Source of the DNA: a virus
Virus record (IMG/VR): IMGVR_UViG_3300030419_007010
Span: 64,001 to 128,000 of that record
Strand: one strand, 5' to 3'
Length of the DNA stretch: 64,000 nt
The translations under genes and the position numbers were made by a program. This document shows, one piece after another, positions 49,512 through 59,146 of this stretch. The notes under the pieces were generated by a model. It was not told the DNA's origin, made no database searches, and saw only the letters and a list, made by a program, of their open reading frames with translations. Within the stretch, counting starts at the first letter, position 1. Each line of letters opens with the position of its first letter.

Positions 49512-50407
49512 ATTATCTCTACGTATTTATCAACAACTTTGTCGATAGCATCATCATATTGTAAAGCTTTGTTTTTATAAAAATCATAATTTTCACACAC
49601 GGCTTCGATAGAAGCTATCATATCAGCTGGATTGTCAAAACTTAAACCATACTTATTACAATAATTGTCAACGCTTCCGCCGTTTTTATGATATACAACG
49701 GGTAATCCAGCAGCCAGCCCCTCTAACACATGATTAGCTCCAGCTTCCTCCTCTGAAGCTGTAAAATATACACTATTTTCTGATAATATTTTTGCTATTT
49801 TGTCGTTATCGCCAGTTGCTTCAATATACCTAGTATTAGTAAAGCCTATGTTATTTGGTAATCTTCCAATATATGTAAATGAGTACTTATTGTTTGCGCC
49901 AACATACTGATCTAAAAGCTTATAAAAATGAAATCCTTTTTTAGGATTTGTAGACCAATGATGTGTAATAATATTATAAGATTGACTATCGTTGTTTCTA
50001 TATTTATAGAATTCTTTTAAAGGAGCATTGTGAATGATCTCACAGTTATCCTTAGAAAATTCTATTTTTTGTTTTGACCACTCACTAGGAAATATTAAAA
50101 AATCAGATATATTACTAGTTTTCTTTACTAAATCAAATAACTCTGGTTTTCCATGTGTGCCAACATCTCCAATTCTTTGAATAATTTTAGACTTAAACAA
50201 GATTCTATGATTTAAAAAATGTTGATACCATTCGCCATGTTGGTTGGGTCGCGGGTCCTGACAATATATTACATCAATATCTTCGTCAAATAACCTATAA
50301 ACAACCTCATGCCCTAAATCTTTTAATCTATCGGACAAGTTACAAATTATCTTATTACCACCGCCCCACGGACCAGTAACCGGCTCTCTATTAATATAGA
50401 TTTTCAT
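49496..50407 (-). CDS. GT-B glycosyltransferase (GT4-like)
   Basis: GPWGGG, IFPSEW, NPKKGF, EAGANHVLEGLAAGLPVV (EX7E). Confidence 0.85.
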   Translation of the reverse strand: MKIYINREPVTGPWGGGNKIICNLSDRLKDLGHEVVYRLFDEDIDVIYCQDPRPNQHGEWYQHFLNHRILFKSKIIQRIGDVGTHGKPELFDLVKKTSNISDFLIFPSEWSKQKIEFSKDNCEIIHNAPLKEFYKYRNNDSQSYNIITHHWSTNPKKGFHFYKLLDQYVGANNKYSFTYIGRLPNNIGFTNTRYIEATGDNDKIAKILSENSVYFTASEEEAGANHVLEGLAAGLPVVYHKNGGSVDNYCNKYGLSFDNPADMIASIEAVCENYDFYKNKALQYDDAIDKVVDKYVEIICNIK

Positions 50408-51350
50408 CTTTGTACCATTTTATACATTTTAGTATTCCATCAGATAACGATACATATTTGTGTTCTGGTATGTATGTCTTCAGCAAAGATAAATCTGGCT
50501 GTCGTCTTAGTGTGTCAAAATCACGAGAAGGAAGGTGAACTGGCGTAAACTCTTTTTCTTGGTTACTCAAATCGTGTATAGTTTTTGCTAAATCAATCAT
50601 ACTAATGAGGTTGTCATTACCTAGATTTACCACCTCGTTGGTGGCTAGATCTGCCAGCTTAACCGTTAAATCAACATGATCATCTATATAACAGAAACAC
50701 CGAGTTTGTAAGCCATCTCCTATTATAGTAAAGTCTTCAGAATTATTAACTTTTCTTATAAATTCAGGTATTACTTGACCATACTCGGTATTATCCATCC
50801 TAGTACCGTAAGTATTAAAAATTCTTAATATTAAGAAATCTAGATTATTCTGCTTCGCGAACATCTTAACATAAAAATCTCCAATTACTTTAGAAGACGA
50901 ATAGCTGTCTCGATCTGTAAAGATATTTAATAGTATATGTTCTCTTTCTGAAGTAGGTAAAGGAGGGTTATTACCATAAGCTTCTGAAGTCGACGCATAA
51001 ACAATTTTCTTAATACTTGAGCCTTTTATGGCCTGCAGCATATTTTGTGTTATTAAGATGTTGTTGTTAAAAACATCGTGCGGGATATCATAAAAATACT
51101 TCGTGCCATTAATAGCCGCATAATGATACAGGATATCCGGATTATGTCGAGCAACTATTTGTTTTATCTGCTCGACATTCTCTGTTAAGTCTAATTCATA
51201 AAAAGAAAAATTATCATGATTTGGTAAATTCTCTTTCTTTCCGCGAAAAAAGTTATCAATTCCAATAACTTTATAGCCAATAGATAACAACTTATCAGTT
51301 AAGTGGCTTCCTATAAAACCAGCAGCACCTGTTACTAAAGCAGTTTTCAT
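50391..51350 (-). CDS. Extended SDR, UDP-glucuronate decarboxylase (UXS)-like
   Basis: LVTGAAGFIGSHL, YASTSEAYG, YSSSK, RIFNTYGTRM, GDGLQTRCFCYIDD; next to a UDP-glucose dehydrogenase. Confidence 0.8.
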   Translation of the reverse strand: MKTALVTGAAGFIGSHLTDKLLSIGYKVIGIDNFFRGKKENLPNHDNFSFYELDLTENVEQIKQIVARHNPDILYHYAAINGTKYFYDIPHDVFNNNILITQNMLQAIKGSSIKKIVYASTSEAYGNNPPLPTSEREHILLNIFTDRDSYSSSKVIGDFYVKMFAKQNNLDFLILRIFNTYGTRMDNTEYGQVIPEFIRKVNNSEDFTIIGDGLQTRCFCYIDDHVDLTVKLADLATNEVVNLGNDNLISMIDLAKTIHDLSNQEKEFTPVHLPSRDFDTLRRQPDLSLLKTYIPEHKYVSLSDGILKCIKWYKDENLY

Positions 51351-52141
51351 TATTCATCTCTCATACCATCAAAAACAGTAATCTTATATTTTGAATTTTC
51401 TTTTAATAAACAATCAAAAAACTCAACGTTAGTATTCTTTGCTAAAAATGCCATGGCTCTAGTATCTTTAGGAAGACACATACCACCGAAACCACGTAGA
51501 TCAGAATTACAATCTAAATATTTTCCGTTTATTTGATTTCTAAGAGTCATAGTATTTTTAATTTTTGTATAATCAGCGTCTTGTTTTTCACACAACTCAT
51601 AGAAACTATTAGCAAAAGTAACCAAAGTTGCGTTATAAACATTATTATAATATTTACAAAATTCTGCTTCTGTTACCGAAAGCTTTACAAAATTTTCAGG
51701 CAAAGAACCGTGAGCTTTTTTAATCAATTCATAATTTGAATCTGTATTTGCTCCTATTACACAAAGATCATGGTTATTAACAAAATCCTCATACGCACAT
51801 CGTTCTCTTAAAAATTCTGGAACAAAACAAATATTCTTATTTTTAAATCTTTCTTGGAGCTTTTTAGTAGTTCCAGGAGCTACTGTAGACTTAATACAAA
51901 TTAAACCTGAGTAGTTAAGCTCTAGTAGATGAGAAATTACCTCTTCTACAATGCTAGTGTCGCACTCTCCTGTCTCTTTTGACGGTGTAGGTACACATAA
52001 AAAACATATTTCAGTATGTAATACATCCTCGATCTTTGTGTCCATCCTAATATCATGTGCTATTACTTCATGTTTCAGATCTAACAAGCCCTTATATACA
52101 GCTTCACCTACTACTCCTACTCCGATGACTCCTATCTTCAT
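51350..52141 (-). CDS. UDP-glucose/GDP-mannose 6-dehydrogenase family, short form (263 aa)
   Basis: GVIGVGVVG, CVPTP, KSTVAPGTT, FVPEFLRE, GFGGMCLPKD. Confidence 0.9.
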   Translation of the reverse strand: MKIGVIGVGVVGEAVYKGLLDLKHEVIAHDIRMDTKIEDVLHTEICFLCVPTPSKETGECDTSIVEEVISHLLELNYSGLICIKSTVAPGTTKKLQERFKNKNICFVPEFLRERCAYEDFVNNHDLCVIGANTDSNYELIKKAHGSLPENFVKLSVTEAEFCKYYNNVYNATLVTFANSFYELCEKQDADYTKIKNTMTLRNQINGKYLDCNSDLRGFGGMCLPKDTRAMAFLAKNTNVEFFDCLLKENSKYKITVFDGMRDE

Positions 52142-53043
52142 TATAACCTCTTAAAAAAATCTAAATATTTTTCAATATGTGTATCTAATTTAAACTGTTG
52201 GATATTATTAAAATTCTCTTCAACGTCTTCTTCAGTGGGAAAATAAATTTCTTTTTCTACATCAATAATACAATTGTCATTTAACGTTTGGCTAGCCATC
52301 CCCATATCAGTTGAAATAATTGGAACCTTCATTGCTGGCGCTTCTAGAAGAGATTGTGGGCCGCCTTCGTAACGAGAAGAAACCAAATATAAATCGCACG
52401 CTGCGTACATCTTTTGTACATCTTCCAGAGGAACCATTTCTTTATATGTATATTTTATTCCAGCTTGTTCTAACCGAGATATAACGTATTGTCTGCGCCA
52501 GCCGCCTAATAAAATATGCAAATTATCTTTTTCTAATTTCTCTACATAATCACAAAATAAATCAGGCCCCTTTTCAAGTTTAGGTGTCTTAAGATCAAAA
52601 CCCTCTGTATCTCTCTGGAAAGAGCCGATTATATAATCGTCTTTCGGCAAGCCAAGATATTGACGACAGCCTTGTTTATTAAGCTCATACCAGCATTTTT
52701 CATTATACCAATATCCTATTACTGTAATAGGTTTATTAGTGTGTTCCTTAATGAAATTTTTTGTTTGTTCACAGGGAACATGATAATGATCAACAAACTG
52801 ATCTCTTATTAAAAAATCTTGTTTGTTAAATTTATTTGGAGTAACATGATGAACAGTAAGAACTACTTTTTTTGACATTAGTAAATTAGTATTAATCTTT
52901 TGCCACGAATATCCATCTATTAACCATATAATATCGCTTTCTAATATATTAGTTGTAGAATATTCTTGTTTTTTAAGATACCATTCCTGTGATATTCTAT
53001 CTAAAATCCAGTTTTCTCCTGGGGCTGTTGCAAATACTTTCAT
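52141..53043 (-). CDS. GT-B glycosyltransferase (GT4-like)
   Basis: EKGPD, YAACDLYLVSSRYEGGPQSLLEAPAMKVPIISTDMG. Confidence 0.88.
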   Translation of the reverse strand: MKVFATAPGENWILDRISQEWYLKKQEYSTTNILESDIIWLIDGYSWQKINTNLLMSKKVVLTVHHVTPNKFNKQDFLIRDQFVDHYHVPCEQTKNFIKEHTNKPITVIGYWYNEKCWYELNKQGCRQYLGLPKDDYIIGSFQRDTEGFDLKTPKLEKGPDLFCDYVEKLEKDNLHILLGGWRRQYVISRLEQAGIKYTYKEMVPLEDVQKMYAACDLYLVSSRYEGGPQSLLEAPAMKVPIISTDMGMASQTLNDNCIIDVEKEIYFPTEEDVEENFNNIQQFKLDTHIEKYLDFFKRL

Positions 53044-53996
53044 ATAATTTCTTCTACAATCCTCACAAAATCATCAGCATATCTTTCTTGTGTGTAATAT
53101 TGAGCATATTGTAAGCCTTTTTCTACTAGCTTAAGTCTCTCTTCTTCATTATCAATATAAAATGATAACTTTGAAATTATTTCATCGTCAGACATATCCA
53201 TATTAATATCAATAACAAAATCTTTAAACAATAGCTGCTCTTCTCCAGGAATATCTGCTGCTATAGCGCTAGCACACATAGGTATCTCAATATATTTACC
53301 AAATCGAGATTTTGGTTGCCCACTACATGTAACACATATTTTGGCAGAATTTAATGTTTGGGCATATTCAAAACTATTTCTATCTGACGCTGCGTCATGT
53401 AAAAGGCCACCAGGGTGTTGTAAAATCCCGCACCTATACTTTTGTGACATCTTGGGCAAAATGCTAGTCGCCAATCTTATTCTCAACGGATAATGGTCAC
53501 CTAAAATCGATTTAGTGTGGACGGCTCCGGCTAATAAGATATCATATTTCTTTGGAAGCTGGTAATCTTTATAAATCATCTTTTCTGCACAATGTGGAAT
53601 ATTGACAAATTTTATATCTGTACCTTTATATAATTCTTCATACTGTTCCATATCATTAAGATGATGACAAATAACTAATTGTGCGCCGGACTCATCAATT
53701 TCTTTTTTTGTCCACGGTACATCAAACATCTCGTTATAGCGAACACATTTAAGCGGCTTTGCTTTCGAAAACTCTTTTAATTCTAAAGGCTTAAAAGCTA
53801 CAACTATATCCGGTTGTTCATCACCATATATATTATCTATATTCTCCTGCACAGTCTTCGAATCATCATAGTTGGACCAACCCAGGCCGGACCAAGTTAG
53901 TTCTGCCAGTTTACCAATTGCTCGCATACCATGAAATCTAACACGAGACATCTTTGTGTCGTGAGATTTTTTATTACAAAGATAAAGAACTTTCAC
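53040..53996 (-). CDS. GT-B glycosyltransferase (Glyco_trans_1_2/CgeB-like)
   Basis: KKYDILLAG, HYPLR, YAQTLNSAKICV, KYIEIPMC, EERLKLVEKG. Confidence 0.75.
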   Translation of the reverse strand: MKVLYLCNKKSHDTKMSRVRFHGMRAIGKLAELTWSGLGWSNYDDSKTVQENIDNIYGDEQPDIVVAFKPLELKEFSKAKPLKCVRYNEMFDVPWTKKEIDESGAQLVICHHLNDMEQYEELYKGTDIKFVNIPHCAEKMIYKDYQLPKKYDILLAGAVHTKSILGDHYPLRIRLATSILPKMSQKYRCGILQHPGGLLHDAASDRNSFEYAQTLNSAKICVTCSGQPKSRFGKYIEIPMCASAIAADIPGEEQLLFKDFVIDINMDMSDDEIISKLSFYIDNEEERLKLVEKGLQYAQYYTQERYADDFVRIVEEII

Positions 53997-54715
53997 AGAA
54001 ACTTTCTCTTAAGCTGCTCATATAAACATTCTGGATCATATGAAGCATTCTTATCTTGTTCTGCTCGTCTCCACATCTCGTTCCAAAGATGAATACCATA
54101 TACCCCATCGTCAAAATTAAAATTGACTTCAGGATTTAAAAAGATATTCCATAGCGCGCCAGGAATTGGACAAAAAGCAGTGAAGTGTTTTACGAAAGGT
54201 TGTAGCTGGAACGTCTCAACAGATGATTTTACAAGCCTAGGCCCAATCTCTCCCCATACTAGCTTTTCTTTTTCTTTCGACATACAAATATCAAAAGCTC
54301 TTTTTGTTACTGGATTTCCTTTAGGTGCTTTTATAACGCCGGCGTTAATATGCTGGTTCTCTTCTCCAAATGGCATAACTTCTTCAGAGGAAAAAACATA
54401 CGCATCCGGAAAATCAAAGTGCTTCAAACACACCTGATCTGTATCAACCCAATAACCACCCTTCTCATAAAGAAGCTTATATCTAAAATAGTTAGAAAAT
54501 CCAGAATAGCTTTTGTGCTCGCGATAAACAAATATCATATCTCTAGAAAGGATGTCATTACCATCTTTTACTTGTACGCCTTGTGGAACGTTTTTCACAT
54601 CTCCATAAGTATACAAGTGAACTTCGTGCCCGTTCTTCACAAAAGAAGACAAACACAGTTGTTCCATTACAGATAGCTCTTTGCCTATCCAAAGAGATTG
54701 TATAATATTTGACAT
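53993..54715 (-). CDS. GT32-like DxD glycosyltransferase (alpha-1,4-GT/capsular type)
   Basis: IQSLWIG, FSNYFRYKLLYEKGGYWVDTD, WGEIGPRL, IHLWNEMWR. Confidence 0.85.
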   Translation of the reverse strand: MSNIIQSLWIGKELSVMEQLCLSSFVKNGHEVHLYTYGDVKNVPQGVQVKDGNDILSRDMIFVYREHKSYSGFSNYFRYKLLYEKGGYWVDTDQVCLKHFDFPDAYVFSSEEVMPFGEENQHINAGVIKAPKGNPVTKRAFDICMSKEKEKLVWGEIGPRLVKSSVETFQLQPFVKHFTAFCPIPGALWNIFLNPEVNFNFDDGVYGIHLWNEMWRRAEQDKNASYDPECLYEQLKRKFL

Positions 54716-56805
54716 TACCTTACTACTTCACTCCAGAAGCGAGCTGGTACTGCTTTAAGATATTCCTCTGTTACAGACAAATCATCGGTAGCAAACCACT
54801 CTTCATCTTTGTGCTGCACATTATCATTTAAATGAAGCTCACAACCCAGCAGTTTTGCCTCTATAACCATCCTAGGGCAAGTATCTGCTCCAGGGGGCAG
54901 AGAACATAAGCCCTTGGCTCCTGCTAGCATTTGAAGGGTCTCTGCGGGGTTTTTACCATGAATTTTAGTATAATCTAGATTGTTTTCCTTACACCACTCT
55001 TCGGCTTCTGGTGCTCCTTTCACCCAGTTTGGCGATCCGGGAATTAACCAAATATCGTTTTTCTTATCCTTATACTGTTCTCGAAGTTGTTTAATGAAAA
55101 TGAAAAACTCTGGTTCGAAAATAGAAGTCAATCTAATGCAATTATCTTTATTCAAATCTGACATGTTTTCTAGTGTAATTTCCATTTGCTTATCAGACAT
55201 GAAGAAAACCTTATTAGCGTTCTTTAAGAACGTATTTACAGATTTACCATGTTCGGAATCTTTACAATCGCAAGGTGTTCCCTCTAGAGTTTCGTGCAAT
55301 TCCATATTTCTGTATTTACAAAACTTATAATCAAACTCTACTACAAAGTAGTTAATATTTTGCTTTTCAAAAACACTTACTAGCTCTGGATTCATTTGGG
55401 TATTATTACCAAAAATCCAAGTCGCGTCTTTATGGGCTGTTACTAAAGACTCATTTAAATCTTTGCAATTTATCCCGGTATTTAATGCTGGGCATCCTCT
55501 CATTAAAGATCCCAAACTCAATTCTGCTCCTCCCAAAACTTGATTATGGAAGAAGTCGCTAGCAAATATATATTCTAGTTTCTCTGTTACATCTCCTCCG
55601 TAAATTGAGGAGGCCATTTTCTCGTATTGGTTCTCTTCACTAAATGTTTCCAAAATCCAATTTTGCAGCTTCTTTGCCTGTTTTTTAAATCTTCCATGAT
55701 CCTTAAAAACGTCGCGCATCGCAGCTTTACAAGATTTTTCGTCAGGGTAACACCACATAGAGTCTGCTTGAATTACTCCTTCCCAGACAGCTTGCTTTTG
55801 CACCGGCTGTAGTGTGTAATTTATTTTAGAAAAAAGTGGTTTAATTTTTTCTTTTCCTTTTTTACCTTTTACAGGTGCAAACAAGAAATCGCATTGACCG
55901 CTCCACTCCGGAGCAATAACCGGCATACCACTATAAGCTGCTTCAAAAAGAGGAAGACCATAGCCTTCTCCATGGCTAGTAGAAACTATAGCTTTAAGTT
56001 TCGGATTCTTATATAAAGCATGCATTTCTTCGTCAGTCATATTTCCATGAAGAAGATATACCTTACACTTTCTATCAGGATAACTGCTTAAAATATTTTC
56101 TAATTCTTGTTTGCAACTATATCTATCCATTATGTTATTTTTAGATTTATTTGCTTTTATAACAAGACCTACTTCCTCGTCTTTAAATTCTTCAACAAAC
56201 CACTTAATGGTACTATTAAGATTTTTACGTGGGCCCCATTGAGCTACTGTAAGAAAATTAAACTTATAATCTAGTTTTATATCTAATTTTGGCTTTTTCT
56301 CATAAGTTTTAACAGGATACCCAACTGCTTCAATCGGTACGGTACATCTAAAGTCTTTTACTTCTTCTCCTGTTTCATTATTTTTTGCATGATAGCTAGT
56401 CTTTTCAAATACATCTTTTGAGTGGTTAGAAGTAATAACAATTCTATCCATCAGCATGGACTTCTCAACCCATTGTGGAGATATTTTTGTAGTTTCAATA
56501 CCAGCGGTCACACCAACGTTAACGGGAGCTAATTTTTCCCATTCATTTGGTATCGTCACTTGAACGGACATATCATATTGGCCGCCCTGTTGTTGGTGGA
56601 TAATTGTCTTTTTAAGAATTTGATCCATCCAGTCTCTTTCTTCATCTGCTTCGGGAAGCCACCCTGTGTGGCCCCAATTAACAGCAATCAGATAAATATC
56701 AAACTTATCTTCATAAGCTCGGAGGGAGCGCAAAACAAATCTTGTGTGTTCGCCGTAGCCGCTTCTAGTTAGTGCGGGCCCGCGGACTAATACCTTTTTC
56801 CTCAT
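54715..56805 (-). CDS. Two-module glycosyltransferase (GT4-like + second GT-B-like), 696 aa
   Basis: N-module: SGYGEH, PRKN, SHGEGYGLPLFEAAYSGMPVI. C-module: GGAELS, VFFMS, NWVKG, DTCPRMVIEAKLLGC. Confidence 0.85.
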   Translation of the reverse strand: MRKKVLVRGPALTRSGYGEHTRFVLRSLRAYEDKFDIYLIAVNWGHTGWLPEADEERDWMDQILKKTIIHQQQGGQYDMSVQVTIPNEWEKLAPVNVGVTAGIETTKISPQWVEKSMLMDRIVITSNHSKDVFEKTSYHAKNNETGEEVKDFRCTVPIEAVGYPVKTYEKKPKLDIKLDYKFNFLTVAQWGPRKNLNSTIKWFVEEFKDEEVGLVIKANKSKNNIMDRYSCKQELENILSSYPDRKCKVYLLHGNMTDEEMHALYKNPKLKAIVSTSHGEGYGLPLFEAAYSGMPVIAPEWSGQCDFLFAPVKGKKGKEKIKPLFSKINYTLQPVQKQAVWEGVIQADSMWCYPDEKSCKAAMRDVFKDHGRFKKQAKKLQNWILETFSEENQYEKMASSIYGGDVTEKLEYIFASDFFHNQVLGGAELSLGSLMRGCPALNTGINCKDLNESLVTAHKDATWIFGNNTQMNPELVSVFEKQNINYFVVEFDYKFCKYRNMELHETLEGTPCDCKDSEHGKSVNTFLKNANKVFFMSDKQMEITLENMSDLNKDNCIRLTSIFEPEFFIFIKQLREQYKDKKNDIWLIPGSPNWVKGAPEAEEWCKENNLDYTKIHGKNPAETLQMLAGAKGLCSLPPGADTCPRMVIEAKLLGCELHLNDNVQHKDEEWFATDDLSVTEEYLKAVPARFWSEVVR

Positions 56806-58064
56806 GATACCTCTATAAGTTCGTATTTTTTATAACCTTTTCTATTTTCCCATGAACCGTACTCTTCATGAATACGGAGCATTAAAGATTCCCAGTTATT
56901 TTTATAATTTTCAAAATTGTAATTGTTTACAACATGTTGTCTGCCAGCAGCGCCAGTTTCTGCGCGCTCTTCAGGAGTCATATTATAAATCTTAAGCATG
57001 GCATCAACTAAATCTTTTCCACTAATTCTATCTTCATAAATCCATGGAATAGGCTGTGAGCCGATAATAGCTTTTGAAGACGGCTCAATCCCAACACCAA
57101 ACCAATTCTCTCCGTCAGTTACCTGCTCTTGCAACCCACCGGTCATATTAACAATAATAGGAGTTTCAGTCGACAAAGCTTCCAAAGTAGCAAGACCAAA
57201 ACCTTCTGCATCAGAAATATTTATAACACAATCGGACGAGTTATAGATAAGAGAAAGAACTTCAGGAGGAACTTTATTCTGCGAGAACATAACTTCTCCA
57301 TTTGTTAAGCCTAGATGTTCAATAATTGCTTGAAGGTCTTGACCGTGCTCATCTTTAACATCTGTATGCATAACAAGACACGCTTTATCATGACCAACTT
57401 CATCCAGGAAGTCTTTAAACCAGAATATTAAACTTCCAGACTGCTTTCTTCGTGCATTTCTATTGTTCCAAAAAAATACGAATCTGTCATCATTAATTTC
57501 AGGCATATTCTCATTCTTAAATTTTTCAATTTCCTCTTCGGATTTCTTTGAAAAAACATCAGTATCTACTGAATGAGGAAGATATAAAGAATCAACGTCC
57601 GGGGCCACGTTCTTTACAATGTCTGCTGTAACTTTTGATATCGCCGCGATTACGTCTGTAGACTCATAGAATGGTCTGTTAAATGTAGGATATGGTTTGT
57701 TATCCCAAACATGATAATAAACCATGGGCATATGGGGTCGAATCTCATCTTCTATATCCCATAACCATCCATAAAATCTAGGATCTGTCATAAACCACAA
57801 AATATCTGGCTTTTCATTACGCATAATGGAGCGGATCATATCTTGTGTTCCATATCCATCAACTGGATAAATAATCCAATCATCCCCCCACTCTTCGGTT
57901 TTTGTTGGGTTATAGTCGTGGTGTTTAACAGCACCGCCGAGACAAGTAAACTTAAACTTGCCTGTCGGTAACAGTGATTCAATCATATATTTTGTTTGTG
58001 TTCCAACACCTGATGGTGATAGAGGGTGGTCACTTAAGACAAGAACCTTGATTTTTTTATCCAT
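56802..58064 (-). CDS. GT4-like glycosyltransferase (start revised to MDKKIKVL)
   Basis: SDHPLSPSGVG, NRNARRK, SDAEGFGLATLEALSTETPII; GAGGA SD before the ATG at 58064. Confidence 0.88.
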   Translation of the reverse strand: MDKKIKVLVLSDHPLSPSGVGTQTKYMIESLLPTGKFKFTCLGGAVKHHDYNPTKTEEWGDDWIIYPVDGYGTQDMIRSIMRNEKPDILWFMTDPRFYGWLWDIEDEIRPHMPMVYYHVWDNKPYPTFNRPFYESTDVIAAISKVTADIVKNVAPDVDSLYLPHSVDTDVFSKKSEEEIEKFKNENMPEINDDRFVFFWNNRNARRKQSGSLIFWFKDFLDEVGHDKACLVMHTDVKDEHGQDLQAIIEHLGLTNGEVMFSQNKVPPEVLSLIYNSSDCVINISDAEGFGLATLEALSTETPIIVNMTGGLQEQVTDGENWFGVGIEPSSKAIIGSQPIPWIYEDRISGKDLVDAMLKIYNMTPEERAETGAAGRQHVVNNYNFENYKNNWESLMLRIHEEYGSWENRKGYKKYELIEVS

Positions 58065-58075
58065 TTTTTCCTCAT

Positions 58076-58852
58076 TCATGCGCAATGTTCCGTATTATAG
58101 AACTCGCACATGCCAAATGGAGTTTGGCATGCACTTCGATTCTTAGGGTGAAAATCCTTTTTTATATTATGAAGTGCTTTGTTCAATAAGTTAAGAGCAT
58201 TTTTGGTTTTTTTTGGACCACTGGTCACTCTAAAAATTTCAACATTATCTTTTTTAGCTGTTCTTTTCAACAAAGCAAAATAGGTTTCAATATTTTTTGG
58301 ATCAATATTATGCTTTTGCGCAAAGTAGTTCTTATAGAAAGTTAACTGATACGTTGTCATGGCATCTGACTTTCGTTTTGGTTTCCAACCCCAACTACAA
58401 GTCTTCCAATCTAATATATGGTATTTGCCGTCAGGAGTTTTTACAACTAAATCAATAAATCCTTTAAAATCAAAGTCATTATCAATAGTTTCAAAAAGTT
58501 GCTCTTCTACTGAAACTACTTCGAAATCTCCAAAGAACTCCTTAAGAAACGGGATCGCTAGCGGAGCAAGAATATCTCCTTGTGTTCTCATATCGTTTAC
58601 TAAAGATTTGTTTAGATTCGCGCGAACTTCTTCAGGTAGAGATTTTAGCTCTTCAAGAAATTGTTCTTGAAAATGAGCTTTCTCATCTAGATTTTCGTTA
58701 ATAAGTGCGTTTTCGCACACAGAGTGGATAGCACTTCCGAAAGCAGTATACTCGTTACCTTCGAAGCCTTTGATGCGATCAATATATGATAGTTTATGTT
58801 TGTGGGGGCATTCGTTCCAAATTTTGAATGCAGAATAGGATATGTGAGACAA
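58076..58852 (-). CDS. PD-(D/E)XK (RecB/Cas4-like) exonuclease
   Basis: SYS...CP, GSAIHSVCE, GFIDLV, ILDWKT, QLTFY, and a C-terminal C..C..C that gives four possible Fe-S Cys. Confidence 0.88.
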   Translation of the reverse strand: MSHISYSAFKIWNECPHKHKLSYIDRIKGFEGNEYTAFGSAIHSVCENALINENLDEKAHFQEQFLEELKSLPEEVRANLNKSLVNDMRTQGDILAPLAIPFLKEFFGDFEVVSVEEQLFETIDNDFDFKGFIDLVVKTPDGKYHILDWKTCSWGWKPKRKSDAMTTYQLTFYKNYFAQKHNIDPKNIETYFALLKRTAKKDNVEIFRVTSGPKKTKNALNLLNKALHNIKKDFHPKNRSACQTPFGMCEFYNTEHCA

Positions 58853-59146
58853 TTAGCCCTCTTGTTTTTTTGCTGTTTTTGTTTTTCGAGGCTTTTTAGT
58901 AATTTTACTAACCGGTTTTGATTGTTTTACTAATTCAAAAGCCCATGTTCCTATTCTAGCATGATCGGAACCATTATGCAAGACAATTTCTTTAATACAT
59001 TTTCCAAATTTCACACCCTTGTTTTTAAGATATTCTTCAACATGTGTGGTGTGGACTCTCAATTTCCCAGCAGATCCTAATGATTCTATTTTCACATCAA
59101 CTTCTAGTTGATTATTTTTTTCTTTTATATTTACTTTCTCAAACAT
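58853..59146 (-). CDS. Hypothetical protein with basic C-terminal tail (97 aa)
   Basis: Coupled ORF with AGGAG SD; Lys-rich end. Confidence 0.65.
   Translation of the reverse strand: MFEKVNIKEKNNQLEVDVKIESLGSAGKLRVHTTHVEEYLKNKGVKFGKCIKEIVLHNGSDHARIGTWAFELVKQSKPVSKITKKPRKTKTAKKQEG

Noticed and set aside
32487-58064. Host chromosomal O-antigen/capsule locus or prophage boundary
   Set aside because: No flippase, polymerase, exporter, integrase or att-like repeat seen; the genes are coupled to phage-type genes at both ends.
58076-58852. CRISPR-associated cas4
   Set aside because: No cas1/cas2 or array in the window; treated as a solo phage nuclease.
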